Position numbers and translations under genes: made by a program
The notes under the pieces: model-generated
Seen by the model: the letters and a program-made list of their open reading frames with translations, nothing else
Told to the model about the DNA's origin: nothing
Databases searched by the model: none
Assembly: GCA_964057225.1 (NCBI GenBank)
Contig: OZ059899.1
Coordinates: forward strand, 6,386,001-6,450,000
Origin: Auanema rhodensis
Lineage: Eukaryota > Animalia > Nematoda
Length of the DNA stretch: 64,000 bases
Direction: 5' to 3'
Shown here: positions 26,901-39,798 of the stretch, piece by piece
Position numbering within the stretch: the stretch's first letter is position 1
How the letters are laid out: every line of letters starts with the position of its first letter

Positions 26901-29900
26901 AGCTGCTTAAATATAAAAAGGAAGTAAAAAAAAAGAAGAATACGAGGAATTCACATCCTTGATGAACAGCTGAAACTCTGACGTCAAATGACGCCAACTC
27001 ATTAAAGCCGATAGTATTTTGCATTTGTTTATAACTAGAGAAACATATGCGTGTGGGGGCGACGTTAGTAAAACGTGAATATAATTATTCAAAACGTTTT
27101 CTTTCGATTAATAAAAAAAATTTCAAATTCAAATAGCTTTTCTGATTATTATATTTATTTTCTTTTAGGGAATCCTTCGGCATTTAATTCTGTCACCTGA
27201 AACTCCTCCTCGATATCCTACTGTTCCTACACCTAGTTCGGTATGTTTCTTTTCAATAAGTGTTGTTGATGTTCTCTATCGTATTGAAGTACTTACCAGC
27301 ATGTTTCGTAGAAAGTTGCATGCATAGCATGTGAATGACTAGCTCATCAAACAAACTGTTGTAACTTGTAATCTATAGCACTAATCTCTCAAAATTTCTC
27401 TCTCTAGTTATAGTAATATCTATATTTCACCTTTTTAGTTTATAATTGTGTGTATCTTGTGTACTATTTTAGTATTTGCTTGCTTAGATCATTTTCTTCT
27501 TTCTAATATGAGTAGCTTGTTGTGCTTTTCTTTCTATGCTAGGCAATATGAGAGAGCATTAGCTTATATCTGCAGGGTATTGGAACTAGAATCTCTACAC
27601 CACATCTTCCCCACCATTTCCAACAATCCCCTCTCTATACGGTAAATAGGAAATGGTCGCATCATTCTGGCGGATCACATAAGATGAATCTTCAAGATCA
27701 TGTTGGTCCTGCAGTAGTAGCTCACGGTCCTCGTGAAGACGAAGCGGTGGGAATTATGTTCTTCTTCTTACCATCTTCATTTTCATCTTCAACAATTTGT
27801 ACATCTTCTTCGTCTTGTCATTATCACAACTCATTTATAGCTTCATTCATCGAGTGCATATAATCGCAATTCGATCAGTTTTCTTGAAATTTCTAAATCA
27901 TTATAATATTTAATATATTTTTTAATTTGAATTATATAATCTTAGTTTGAATTGAATACTCATACTTTAAAAATATTTTTAAAAGTCTGAAAGCTTTATA
28001 ACAAAATAATATTGTGTTTTATTTTAAAAATTTAGTTGGATCTTATATAACAAGCACATAAAGAAAGTGAAGTGAAATTCTTTACACGTAAACTTTTAAA
28101 ACAAATATTGTTTGCGAGTGCATCAACGATTCTGATCTTTACAAAATATTTTTATTATATTATCTCAACAATTTCACTTTTTTTCAGGAAATGGATATTG
28201 ATCCCGAAGAGTATGAGCGTGTTCGCGAAATGCTTAGTAGGATTCTTGCTCCTCAGATAGTGAGAGTATCCACAACTGAAGCCGATATTGCTTGGCAAGA
28301 AATTGACACTTCAGAGGTATTCTATTATTTTTATTATTTATATATTGATTTGATTTTAAACATTATTTTTATAATATAAATTGTTTTATTATAGGCTGCT
28401 GCTCCTGGCGGTCCTTTCCCTCAAATTGATGCATCCGAATTTACTTACCAAATTGTTTTGTTTGAGAACCAAGGTCGATTTGTTAATAGTTACAGGTATT
28501 TTTAATTATATAATATTATAGTTTGTTCTTATAAATTATTTTAGGTGTGAGGCTTCCGGAACACATTTGAGGTTGTGTCATCTTAGACCGAACACGGATT
28601 ACTATGTTCAGCTAAAAGCTTCATTAGATGAACGAGGTTTAGCTGGAGAGCCCAGTCAGCCTGTTTTCTTTAAAACATCCCCTGGAAGACCGGATTCTCC
28701 TATAATTCCAAAGTACTTTCTTAATTTTGAGATTCTATGTATGAGTATCTTTTCTAGAATTACTGGTAGTGGATCTGATTGGGTTTCAGTCAGTTGGAGG
28801 GCACCTAACGACAATGGAGCAAATATACAAGTATATACCATTTATCTATCACAGGTTATTTTTATCATTTAAATTCTTAATATTTTAATATTTTTAGTCG
28901 AACGATTCTAATAGTAATGAAAAAGTTTGGGAGGGTAGAAGCTGTGAAGCTAGAATTGGCAACTTAAAGGCATCAAAAACCTATAGGTATAATATAATAA
29001 TTATTTATTTTATTTTGTTAAATTTACTTATAAAATATGTTTTAGACTTCAAGTCACAGCAACCAATCGTATTGGAGAAAGCGGAACATCTCCTTCTCTT
29101 ATTGTTACAATTCGCAATGAGAATGCTTTACCACATCAACCTGCTCCTCCTACTGTAACTACAGTATCCGCAAGAGCTGTTCGATTAACATGGCCAGGCC
29201 AACCTGATCACCAATACTCGGTAAGATTTCACTTAATCAATATACTGTAAGCACTTATCTTTTTTTAATTTTAATATATTTCAGATTGAAATGAACGATG
29301 TTCAACAAGGTCCAAGTCATAATATTATAGCCCGTGAACGAGGTGTTGCTTGTTGGGCAACTATTCCAGACTTGACTCCGTATGTTGTTGCAAAAGCTGA
29401 CCTAATCGTTAAAAATGTTTTTTTTAGTTCTACTGAATATCGTTTCCGACTACAATCTCATGTTGGTGAAAAAGATTCACCAAAATCTGATTGGGTTTAT
29501 GTTAAAACATATGGGAAATCCGCAAACGATCGAGTTGTGGTACCATCAAAACCACATATTACAATGAAGACAAAGAAAAAAATGGAAGTTGGATGGAAAG
29601 TATCACCTGTCAAGTATTAAAATAAATATTAAAAACAATTATAATTTTAAAATAATTGTAGAGATCGTGAATTCACATATCATCTTGAAGGCTCTACGTA
29701 TAACCATCCAAACAAATTCCGAACACTGTATCGAGGTCCTCTTACCACTTGCACCATAACTGAGGAAGATATTCAAAACTTCCGAGTTCAAACACTCAAC
29801 CGAAAAGGAGTACCTGTAAGAGTTAATATAATTATTTCAACATTCAATATTATTTTGTTTTAGAGCGAATTTTCTGAAACTACATCTTTATCTAAAGTTG

Positions 29901-32156
29901 AAGAAGAGGCTATTCCAAAACCACCACAGTTAAATGCTCCTAGTCTAGAAGGAGCTGGTGTAGGCACAATTACAGTTACATGGAAATCTCCCCAAATCTC
30001 TGTAAGTTGTTTTAGAATAATATCGTTTCTTGAAAAATGTTTTTGTATTATTTTAATTATTTTTAGTTGCCATCATCATCTTCGCTTATGTATGAAGTTC
30101 GTCGTACTGATACCAACGGCGAAATCGTTTATTCCGGAAAAGAAACAACTTGCTCGATAGATGGAGTGGCTAGTAGAGTTCAAGTGGAAGTTCAAGTTCG
30201 AGCTATCATAACATCTCCTGGTAACGCTCGAACCGATGGCGATTGGAGCGCTCCAGCAGCCATGTTGTCTCCAAGACCACCTCCTCGAGCACCAAAGGAT
30301 CTTCGTCTTTCTGCTGATAAGTAAGCCAAAACTATAAGTGATTCTGGAACCGTTTACTTTTTTAAGATCTTTTGTATCTTGGTCAGCAAATGAAGCTTGT
30401 CCCGATACCCGGTTCCATGTTTTCTTCAGTGAGATTGTTGATGCTAAGCCCAATGGTGAAAAACAATTTGAAACCAGCGAACACAAATACACACTTTCAA
30501 TGCTAGGATTTTCGCGAAACTATTCTTGTCGGGTAAAAATTGTTTTTCTTTTCCTCGTGTTTTTGAGAGTATAATTTAGGTCGTTGCTTTCCATGATGGT
30601 GGTGAATCTCTTCCATCAGAGGAAATTTACTTTACAACGCCAGCTGGAGTTCCTGCACAACCAGACAGTGTTTCAATTGAAGCTGAAAGTACAAGTGTGT
30701 TGATACTTCGATGGGTTCCACCGAATTCTCGTGGAGATCCGATTCAGCAATACCGTATCCGGGTTGAAAGCCGAGGCGAGGTATGAAGAGATACTTTTAA
30801 AAACAATTATTTTTTATGTATCTTATAGGTTATCAGAGATAGCTGTGTTTTGGCTAATTCGGCAGAACATTGTGAATATTGTATTTGCGATTTACAGCCA
30901 GATACTCCATACCGCGTTGAAATATCAGCTCAAAATGGAGTAGGCACAGGAGTTTCAGCTGCTATATCGGGACGAACAAGGTGTCCACCACCTACACCTC
31001 CAACGTATGTATTATATTATTCTCAAAAAATAAAATATTTTATTTTATATAAAATAATTTTTACTTATTCTCTGTTTTTATAGACTTGAAGCTGAATGCG
31101 ATTCTAGTTCTATAAGATTGAAATGGAGACCACAAACCACTCATAGTTTCCTTAGTTACAGGTATTTTAATATTCTTCTGAATACCAAATTGTTTTTTAA
31201 AAAAATAAAGTTTCAAAAAACATTTTTTTTTCAGAATTGTACGTCTTTTCGAGAATGATCATCAATCCACTGTCTATGATGGTGATCAATGCTCTTTCAA
31301 AGTTCGAGGTCTTCAAGAAAATACCGAATATCGATTCCAAATTCGAAGTAGCGATAGGTACATAATATTCATTTAATCATTATTACTTCTATAATTTTAG
31401 ACAAAATGGTGCTGGACCATGGTCAGAAGTATATGCCTTCCGAACAGGCTTCGCAGGTCCACCAACAATGAAAAGTCCCTTGGTTGCAACTAATGCTGGA
31501 TCTGGATGTTATCAGCTTGAATGGTCTCCCGTCATTCATAAACCAAACGTACGAAGACTGTTCTATCGATTACAAGCTTTAGATTGCTCAATTGAGAATG
31601 CTAAATGGCATACGGTATGTTGTTATGAAGCCTAATGTGATATTTCAATTTGTATTACAGGTATATGAGGGTATGATGACATCATATACCTTGAAGGTTT
31701 CTGATTATCCATCTGCTGTTCAAGCTCGTGTTGTTTGTGTTAGGCCTGAAGTTGATAATGGAGAGATTGTTGGTGCTCCAAGTTCAGTCGTTTACATGAC
31801 TAACCAGATTATTGAGAAAAAACCTTCATATGTAAATTATATAATTATATAGGCTTCATTCCTCATTTAACTACAGAAACATCGATATGAATCTGAAAAT
31901 ACCGAAGAAGAACGACCAGCTTCATGGTGGCACCTACGTGCTGATCGTGGTATTACTTCGATCGCAGTGGTATGTTCCAAAACATATAGAATAAAATTTC
32001 ATTTTTCATTCTTTTCAGATCACATTCATAGTGATATCTCTTGTTGTTGCAATTTTTGTTGATACTTTATTCAACTTATCAACACCAAGTCCTCCACTTC
32101 CATCATCAATTGCTGGAGCAGCTCATAGTGTCAATCACATTCCTAGAGAACTTTAA
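23971..32156 (+). CDS. FNDC3: Fibronectin type III domain-containing protein 3 (FNDC3A/B, Drosophila Mtgo family), ER tail-anchored, about 1252 aa
   Basis: Phase-consistent GT-AG exons: 23971-24170, 25158-25230, 25532-25615, 25860-25968, 26051-26154, 27169-27240, 27576-27746 (alt donor 27641), 28188-28316, 28395-28495, 28545-28712, 28758-28854, 28898-28986, 29046-29220, 29285-29379, 29428-29613, 29662-29815, 29864-30001, 30067-30320, 30367-30532, 30580-30780, 30829-31004, 31084-31161, 31235-31357, 31401-31614, 31661-31831, 31877-31969, 32019-32156 (sum 3759 nt). FNDC3 signature region LFVHVQVGETLSI..GPATVRMV..LPIHVPPGHMVHQIVDDQGILRHLILSP; tandem FN3 motifs (LRPNTDYYVQLKA, LQPDTPYRVEISAQNGVG, LQENTEYRFQIR); C-terminal hydrophobic helix GITSIAVITFIVISLVVAIFV. 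The 5' end may extend upstream. Confidence 0.93.
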
Positions 32157-32727
32157 ATGATGATCGATCAGTTCTTTCTACTATCTAACTTGCTTCCGTG
32201 ATTGGTTTTCAAAAATGATTTTGGAGAAACTGGACATCGCTGTTCATATCTTCAATTCCCTTCAAGAAGTTGAAATTCCTCTCTTTATTGGTTTCAAGAA
32301 GAATTGTTACTACTACGTGTTGCACTTTGTATGTGGGATAGCAATACCATCGCAAGCATCCTACTGATACATCCAGCTGCCAATTATCTAACCGGGCTTA
32401 TTTCCTACCGCTGGTCGGTAACTCTAATTGCCTTCCTATCAAAACATAAACGAAAACTCGTCTAGTTACTGTCTGATATTCTTTTTTTACAAGTATTACA
32501 ATACCAGATCAGCATATTATTTCGTTTTAACATATTTAATGTATTTATTCACCTTCTTATTCATTCCTATACTTCATAGGAGCTAGATTATCTTGTTTTT
32601 GTATATATTTTCTTTACTTTAAGTAAGTTCAGCTTTTACTTTATGAAAAAAAAAGCAAAAAACTATATTAAAATGCTGTATACAAAAGCTTTTCGAACTT
32701 TGTCGTATTGACAGTTTCACATACACT

Positions 32728-32730
<3 letters not shown>

Positions 32731-32764
<34 letters not shown>
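32731..32764. repeat. (AT)n microsatellite
   Basis: Perfect AT run in the probable FNDC3 3' UTR. Confidence 0.95.
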
Positions 32765-32767
<3 letters not shown>

Positions 32768-33057
32768 AGTGTTTTGTTTTATATCCTGTACGTTCTCTCT
32801 ATCGTGTATTCTGCTGGCCTTTCCAATATATTATCTGCTTCCCCGTGATGTATCTATTTTTTCAAAGTTTCTTTTCTTCATATATTATATGATATGTGAA
32901 CATCTTTGTTCTAAATATGTATGTATTTCCTCAAAATTTCTTGTCATTTGACTAGCATACTGTAAGTATTATACTGTTCTTGTCTCATACATACAATAAT
33001 GTGCCCTTAATACTATTTTGCTACGTATTGGTTCCCAATTTCGGTCTCGATTCTTCA

Positions 33058-33060
<3 letters not shown>

Positions 33061-33118
<58 letters not shown>
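33061..33118. repeat. (TC)n microsatellite
   Basis: Perfect TC run of about 29 units downstream of the FNDC3 stop. Confidence 0.97.
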
Positions 33119-33121
<3 letters not shown>

Positions 33122-36100
33122 CTCTTTATCTCCCCCTCTCTTGCTATTTTTGCCTTCTTTTCAAAATGTAATATCAATCTCTACTGTCATCTCCATTTCT
33201 AGTACAAATCAGTTTTTCTTCATTTTTTTATTTTGGATAGTTAACTGATTCTTATTACCGCTTTAAAAGCTTTTGCTTCAAAACAAAGCACACATGAATC
33301 AGTCATGACTATCTACTTTGCAAAATAAAATACAGGCGCGGTTATAATTTCCAGACATATTTCTGACAATTGTGATTTCTATCAATCTCTTTTGCCTTTT
33401 TTCTGTTCTATCTTATATCTTTTGGATTTTTTTAGAACTTCCATACTCTATAGTTCAGGTATTGACTATATGGCATACGATGACACTTTTTTTTGAGATT
33501 TTATCGTAAATTTGTTTCTTTTTTTTTTAATATAGTTTCATCGTTTGTTTGGGTAAGCCAATAGTCATTACATATTTCATACATAAGGTTATATTTATAT
33601 TTATATATTATATAGAGAGAGAAAACACAAAGAGTCATCTTTCTAATCAGTATTTTTTTATTTCAGTTATTGTTATTTTCATTCATAAAATTATATAAAA
33701 ATTTAAATTAATGTATTATTTTTTCGTTTTTTAAATATTTTTCTTGCTAATTCTGTCGACATCTTTTTGACCGATTTTTATTAATTTCTATAAATCTTCT
33801 CTCATTTTTCACATTTGTTTTATAATTGTTTTTCACAATTTTAGCTGCCAAACACAAAAAAATTCTCAAAACTATTTCTATTCAAGTGATGTTACTGTGA
33901 TTCTGTTAGTTATAAATAGTTTGGTGAAATAAGTATTTCTATTTCCACAATCCCTTCTTCTCTCCTCTCTCCCCATCCTCCCCCGTAATCACTTTTTTTC
34001 TTTTTTTTTTGACACGAAATTGTCACTGTGCATAATAAACTGTTGTTATTCATTTATTTATATATATATATCTTGTTTCATAGGACAAAGTGATATATTT
34101 TAAAAAGAAAGAACTTTTTTTTTTTTAAATATAAACTTGATACGTAATTAGAAGTACATATCAACTTGAAATGTATTTACATGTAGCCCATACATATCAA
34201 GAATAGTAGACATGCAACAGAGATCCTTTTTTATTTCATTTTCTGCACTGTAGATATTGAAACTAAGGTTGCCAACTCACATGAAACTACACCAAAGGTT
34301 AATTTTTATTTGTTTTTCTTATAATAGTTTATACATATAAAATCGAAAAAAAGAAAGAATAATTAATGAAAGTTCATTGTGATGGATGTCAAGCCCTGTA
34401 GATTCTGTTGCCTAAGTGCGTGAATATAGTATTCTGCAAGAAAATTTTTATATTATGTGAAAACAAGAAATGAAAAAAAAGCAAATTAAGTAATACATAA
34501 TTAAAATTTTCTGTAAACATAAAGCTTTTTCACACTTACCTCTTCAAAATATTTTGCATAAATTTATTCAATTCTATCAAAGCTATTAAGCACAAGTTTT
34601 AGGAGTGTGTGAATTAAAAGAGAATGAAAACCAGCTGCAATATCTCAGCTGTATATGGGAAAGCTGGAAAGTTTTTGGTACAAACATTCAATCATCTGTT
34701 CAACTCCAGTCATTTTAGTGTCTATTTTTGAAAATAAACGTTTTATAGGTCATTTCAATTGTTCGTTCGAATTCTCTTCAACCAAATATATGTATGTATA
34801 CATATTTAATTATATATGTATTATATTTATTAAAATATGATAAATATAAATGAAAAAAAAAAACAAAAAAAAAATGAAGAAAAAAGTTTCCTTGTTTAGC
34901 TTTTACAAAAAAAACGATTTAGCTTTCTTAATCGAATTATTCATTATGAAGCTTATTGAACCGTAAAAATTCTTGAACGAGTTATACATAATCCTATAGT
35001 ATATTCTATACTTAGATCCTTTTTATTTAGTTAATATAGGGATATAAGATGAATATACAATATCAAGATGGATTTTCGAAAGAGAGGCGGGGGTAGAAGA
35101 AGAAAAATAAACGGAGATTGAGAGAGACAGAGAGATAATACAAAGCTTCTCGTAACAAAACCAAAATTTTGAAGAATGGTTCAAATACATAAACACTCCT
35201 TTATTGACGAGAAGGTATGGTAGACATATTCACGGCTTTATGTCTTATTCTGTCTTCTCATCCTCTTCACTTTCCATTTGCTCTGTTTGTGTTTTTATTA
35301 TTTAAACTCATCTTTCTCACTCACTGTTTCCAAAGTAACACTACCACATGTATATGTATGTACTCAATATTTTTTGAGGAAAAAAAAATACTTTCTGAAC
35401 ATTTCTTTTTTTTATTTTTTTGCCAAGCCACTTTGCAATCCACGCTTTTATTCTTTTTCTACCACTTTTTAAATATTTCCTTTGATCTTTGTTATATGCA
35501 TACATAAAATATAAATATATTTATATATATATATATATAAATATATATACTTTATTTTTTATTTTTATTTTATTTTTTGTAAAATGAAAGTGGTAGAGTT
35601 ATCCGAACCTACTTTTCGTCTTATTCACTTTTCATTTCTAACTTCTAATATTGTTAAAATATAAAAATATTATATTTATACTTTTCATAGAGATAAGTAT
35701 TTGAACTTTATTGAGCAGTTCTATGAATACAAAAACATATATACATACATATACATATACTATATATGTACATACATGTTTACGTTCAAATGTTTTTTTT
35801 TTCAAATTTTCATTTTATTTTCTTTTTTTAAGAAAATTTTTTTTCATACGATTCAATCTTTATACTGCTTTTGCTTCACATTTGTTTCATCTAGTTTTTC
35901 ATAGACTACGTTCACATAGATATACATGTACATACATGCTATGTATGTATGTACATCTAACTTTCTTCGACAAGGAAGCAATTTGTTCATGTAAACTAGT
36001 AGTTTCAAATTCATTTTTATCGTTGAAAGCTTCAATTATTTAAGAATTCTGATTCTCAAAAACCTTAGACTACGAGACTACTAAGAGAATTTTTATTCTA

Positions 36101-39014
36101 AATTGATATGACACAAGTTCCTTAGAAGTACATACATATATATGTACATATAATATGAAATATTCCTTATTTAACGTTTATTATTGTTATTCGAGTTTTG
36201 ATTGCCTTATAAGACGATTATTTGACGTCTTTACACTATTTCATTGATGGCTTTTTTCCTTTTTCATATGAATTTTAGCACTACAATTGACTTATCTATG
36301 ACAAACTTTCTTGTTATGTTAGCTATTCTTGAAAAAAAAAAGAAGAAAAAAACTTTTATCTCTTAGTATTTATAGAACTTTCATGACTAAGCTAAGCTTA
36401 TATCTTGTTTCCTATCTCTTTCATTATCTTTATATGAGATGATAGGCTTCTATTAAGATGATCAAACAATATTTATTAACAATTGGTTATATAATATATG
36501 TATAATAACATTTTATTTTAATAATATTCTTTGCATCAAATGTTTACAATTGAAAAAAAAAAGTTGTCTTCTTCATAGATTAGAAAATCTTTTTGTTATA
36601 ATAATTGTATTTTTAATTTTATTTTAAAAACCCACAAGGAAATATTTCATTTTTCTTAATTATATAGCAAAAAGTGGTTGTAAAGGAGATTATTAGATTA
36701 ATAATTCTATAAAGTTGATTATAATGGAATATTTTAGTAATGACAAAGTGTGGTTTAAATCAATCTTATTATTATGTATGTATGAATAATAAAAAAGAAT
36801 TTTATATTAAATTCTTGTACTTCTTAAAGATATTTTTCATTTTTTCTTATCAAAAACTAAAATTACTAAAGGTTTTATATTTCTATTAATAGAAAAAATA
36901 GTCAATAAACTCATGATTTCTAGTACAACTTGGATGTGTGATAAACCTGTAGCTATATAGCCCCATTCCATTCGTTTATGATTAGTCTTTTCGCTCAGTT
37001 TTTTTGAACACGAATCTTGAAGAAAGAAATTCTTTATAATTTGTCCTTCATTAATCATGTTAAGCCATTGGATAATCCTCTCAAATCAATACTCTTTTCA
37101 TACATTTTCAGATGTATTTATAAATATTTATACGATCTCATTGATTTCAGGTTTGTTGACGTCACACATTCTGATTTACATATATTATTGTTTTCTTGAA
37201 TATATAGATATTTAAGATTTTTATTTGTTAATTTCTTTTATATTCTTCAATTTTTCTAGTTTAATTATTATAAAAATAAAATAAGTATTTGAAAAATATT
37301 TATTTTTGTTTACATACATCGTTTATACAATTTTGATATAGCAGATTTGATTTCTCTTTCTCTTTCTCTCTCTTTCTCTCTCTCATTTCTCAAATTTTCC
37401 AAGTTCTCAGTGAACTCAATCATTTTAGATGAGTTTTATGAGAAGAATATATTTGTTTTCTTTACTAATTTATTGATCATATGTATGAATATACCATAGA
37501 ATTCATCAATTATCTATCTATCCAGTTTCTAAACATTAAAATTCAACTAACTTAATCTTATATTTTCTTAAAACTTCCTATTTAAAACGCATTGCTAACT
37601 GTTCAAAAGAGTTGCAGCTTGTTATATTTCCGTTTTAGTTGGTTCATATTCTGTTGCTAGAAGTATTCAATCGTCAAAAAATCTAAAAGTGTTACCTCAG
37701 AATGTATTTCTGTCTCTTTCTCTGTATATTTTCTTTATAAATTTTACCCCCTCTCTCAGCTACAATTTTTGCATTTTCGTTTCTAAGTTTTTCATACTAC
37801 TCCGTTTTTCTCTTTTTCTTTATTATAAAAATTTTAAAGCGGAAAAAAAACATACACTGACACATTTTAGAAGTCTACAACATGCCAAGCTTCACTCAAT
37901 TTTCCTTTTAAAATTCTTGGTCTTTTACCAAGATTTCGCTATTCATCTTTTTTCTTTCTTTTTCTGTTGTAGCTGCTTTGTTCTCATTCAGTAGTCTGAG
38001 CGAACTGTGCCTATCTTGCCCTTTCGGCTTCGACGAGTACATTTCTGTTACTTCGAATCTCAAGAATTAATTCTGCTTCTTTGAATTAATTCTAGTACAA
38101 GTTTAGTTGTCATCGAATTTGAAAGGAAATTCTTGCATCATTTATTTAGAAGTTAACCTCAAGTGACTCTAAAAATATATTTTTTAACTTTCATTTTCGC
38201 ATATTCCATTAGAATTGTAAATACTTTTTAAGTTATATCATCAAGTTCATCAAGATCAATCTGTCAATATTTTAATGAAATGTGATCTGATATTACTATA
38301 TTTCTAGTTCATTTTTAACGAATAAAATGTTCTTAATAGAATTTTAAAATATATAAAGAGAAAATTTCTATAAATTGAAAATAAAAGTTTTAAAAACATA
38401 AAAATTCGTTTTTAATATCATTATTCAGTATTCTCATTGTTTAAACTTTTGGTTATATATCATTTTAGCTATTTATTTATTTTCATAAACATAAACAACA
38501 TCTATTTTCCTTTTTTTTCCAAAATGAAAATAGAAATTTGAAGAAAATACTATTGGCTTTTGTTCTGTCACAATGAGTAGATGAAATTACTTGGAATTTT
38601 CAAACTGTATGTAACTTACTTTATTCTCGTTTCTTTAAAACAATTCAGTTACCTATAGATTGCTCTTTTAATTCCCCTGTGTCCTCTTTTCGTTTCATGA
38701 AAATAATTCCGTGTTTCCACCTTTTTATTTTAATTTTTTTTCTGTTCATGTATCAAACAAGATTATCAACATAAAATATTCTTATATACTTCTATAACAT
38801 TCAATCAACATGCCAGTTCCTATTGTCAGCTTCATAAATCGGATTGAGCCACAACAGATTTAACAGATTATTATCTTGTGACTGAGAGATATCTTTCAAT
38901 ACTTCATGAATAAATCTATGTTTCACTTATTTCATTTTATCTAGGTTTATACTATAGTTCGATCTTTACAATAATTTTTTTCTTACTTTGGTCAGATTTC
39001 GTTCAAGGGTCAAA

Positions 39015-39058
39015 TGACGTCAGTGATCTTTTCGCGCTGACCGGAAATTGTTTCGATA
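39015..39058. promoter_or_regulatory. Compact cluster of promoter motifs (CRE, E2F, ETS, DRE-like)
   Basis: TGACGTCA 39015-39022, TTTCGCGC 39030-39037, CCGGAAAT 39041-39048 and TTTCGATA 39051-39058 within 44 bp, 2-3 kb upstream of the RNF13-like gene. Confidence 0.45.
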
Positions 39059-39783
39059 ACTGTTAATGCCGTTTTATTAATACGATTTCTTTTGTTCATA
39101 AAATATATGAAACTCTTCTTACGTCTATCTTCGTGTTTACATAACAATGTATTATTTTAAATCTTTCCCCACCCCCATAAATACGCACTTCTTCCTATTT
39201 GAAACATGTCGATATATCTTAGTCTCTTTTCCCCTATTGCCTTTTTTAAACGAATTGTTTAACAATTGCACTTGACCTTCATTTCCTATTATTCTGAGTA
39301 CTTTCTCTGGAGGATTTTAATCTCTAAGTTTCATATTTATTTTGGTCATTTTTGTACTTTTTAGTAGGAGTTTAATCATTGATTACTTCATTTGGTTACA
39401 TCTCAACGTTACTTCTCCTTTTAAAAAAAAAAGAGCTGAAATGAGTTGTTTGTCTTCATTATTGACTGTTGATAACGATGATGACAAGACTAAAGATGAT
39501 AACGCTGATGCCGAAGAGTTCAAATAGATTAGGGCAAATTAAACCACAAACGGGGTCTCGCTCAGTATTCGATTTCGACCATCTTCTTCTGATATCGCAC
39601 CTTTCTCTCGTTCGTTTATTTTCCCTTTTTGATGTAATTGAAGCAGAAATAAGCCCTTTCTGTGATTTTCTTTGTGTATTTTTTTTTCAAAATTGTCTCC
39701 ACAACATAAATTTTCATTTTAACGCAATTTATATAATAGCTTACTTCAATGCATTATCCCCTTTCCCTCCAGAACCCCCTCTG

Positions 39784-39798
39784 CCCCCCCCCCCCCCC
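39784..39798. repeat. C15 homopolymer (G-tract on minus strand)
   Basis: 15 consecutive C, with additional C-runs just upstream. Confidence 0.95.
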
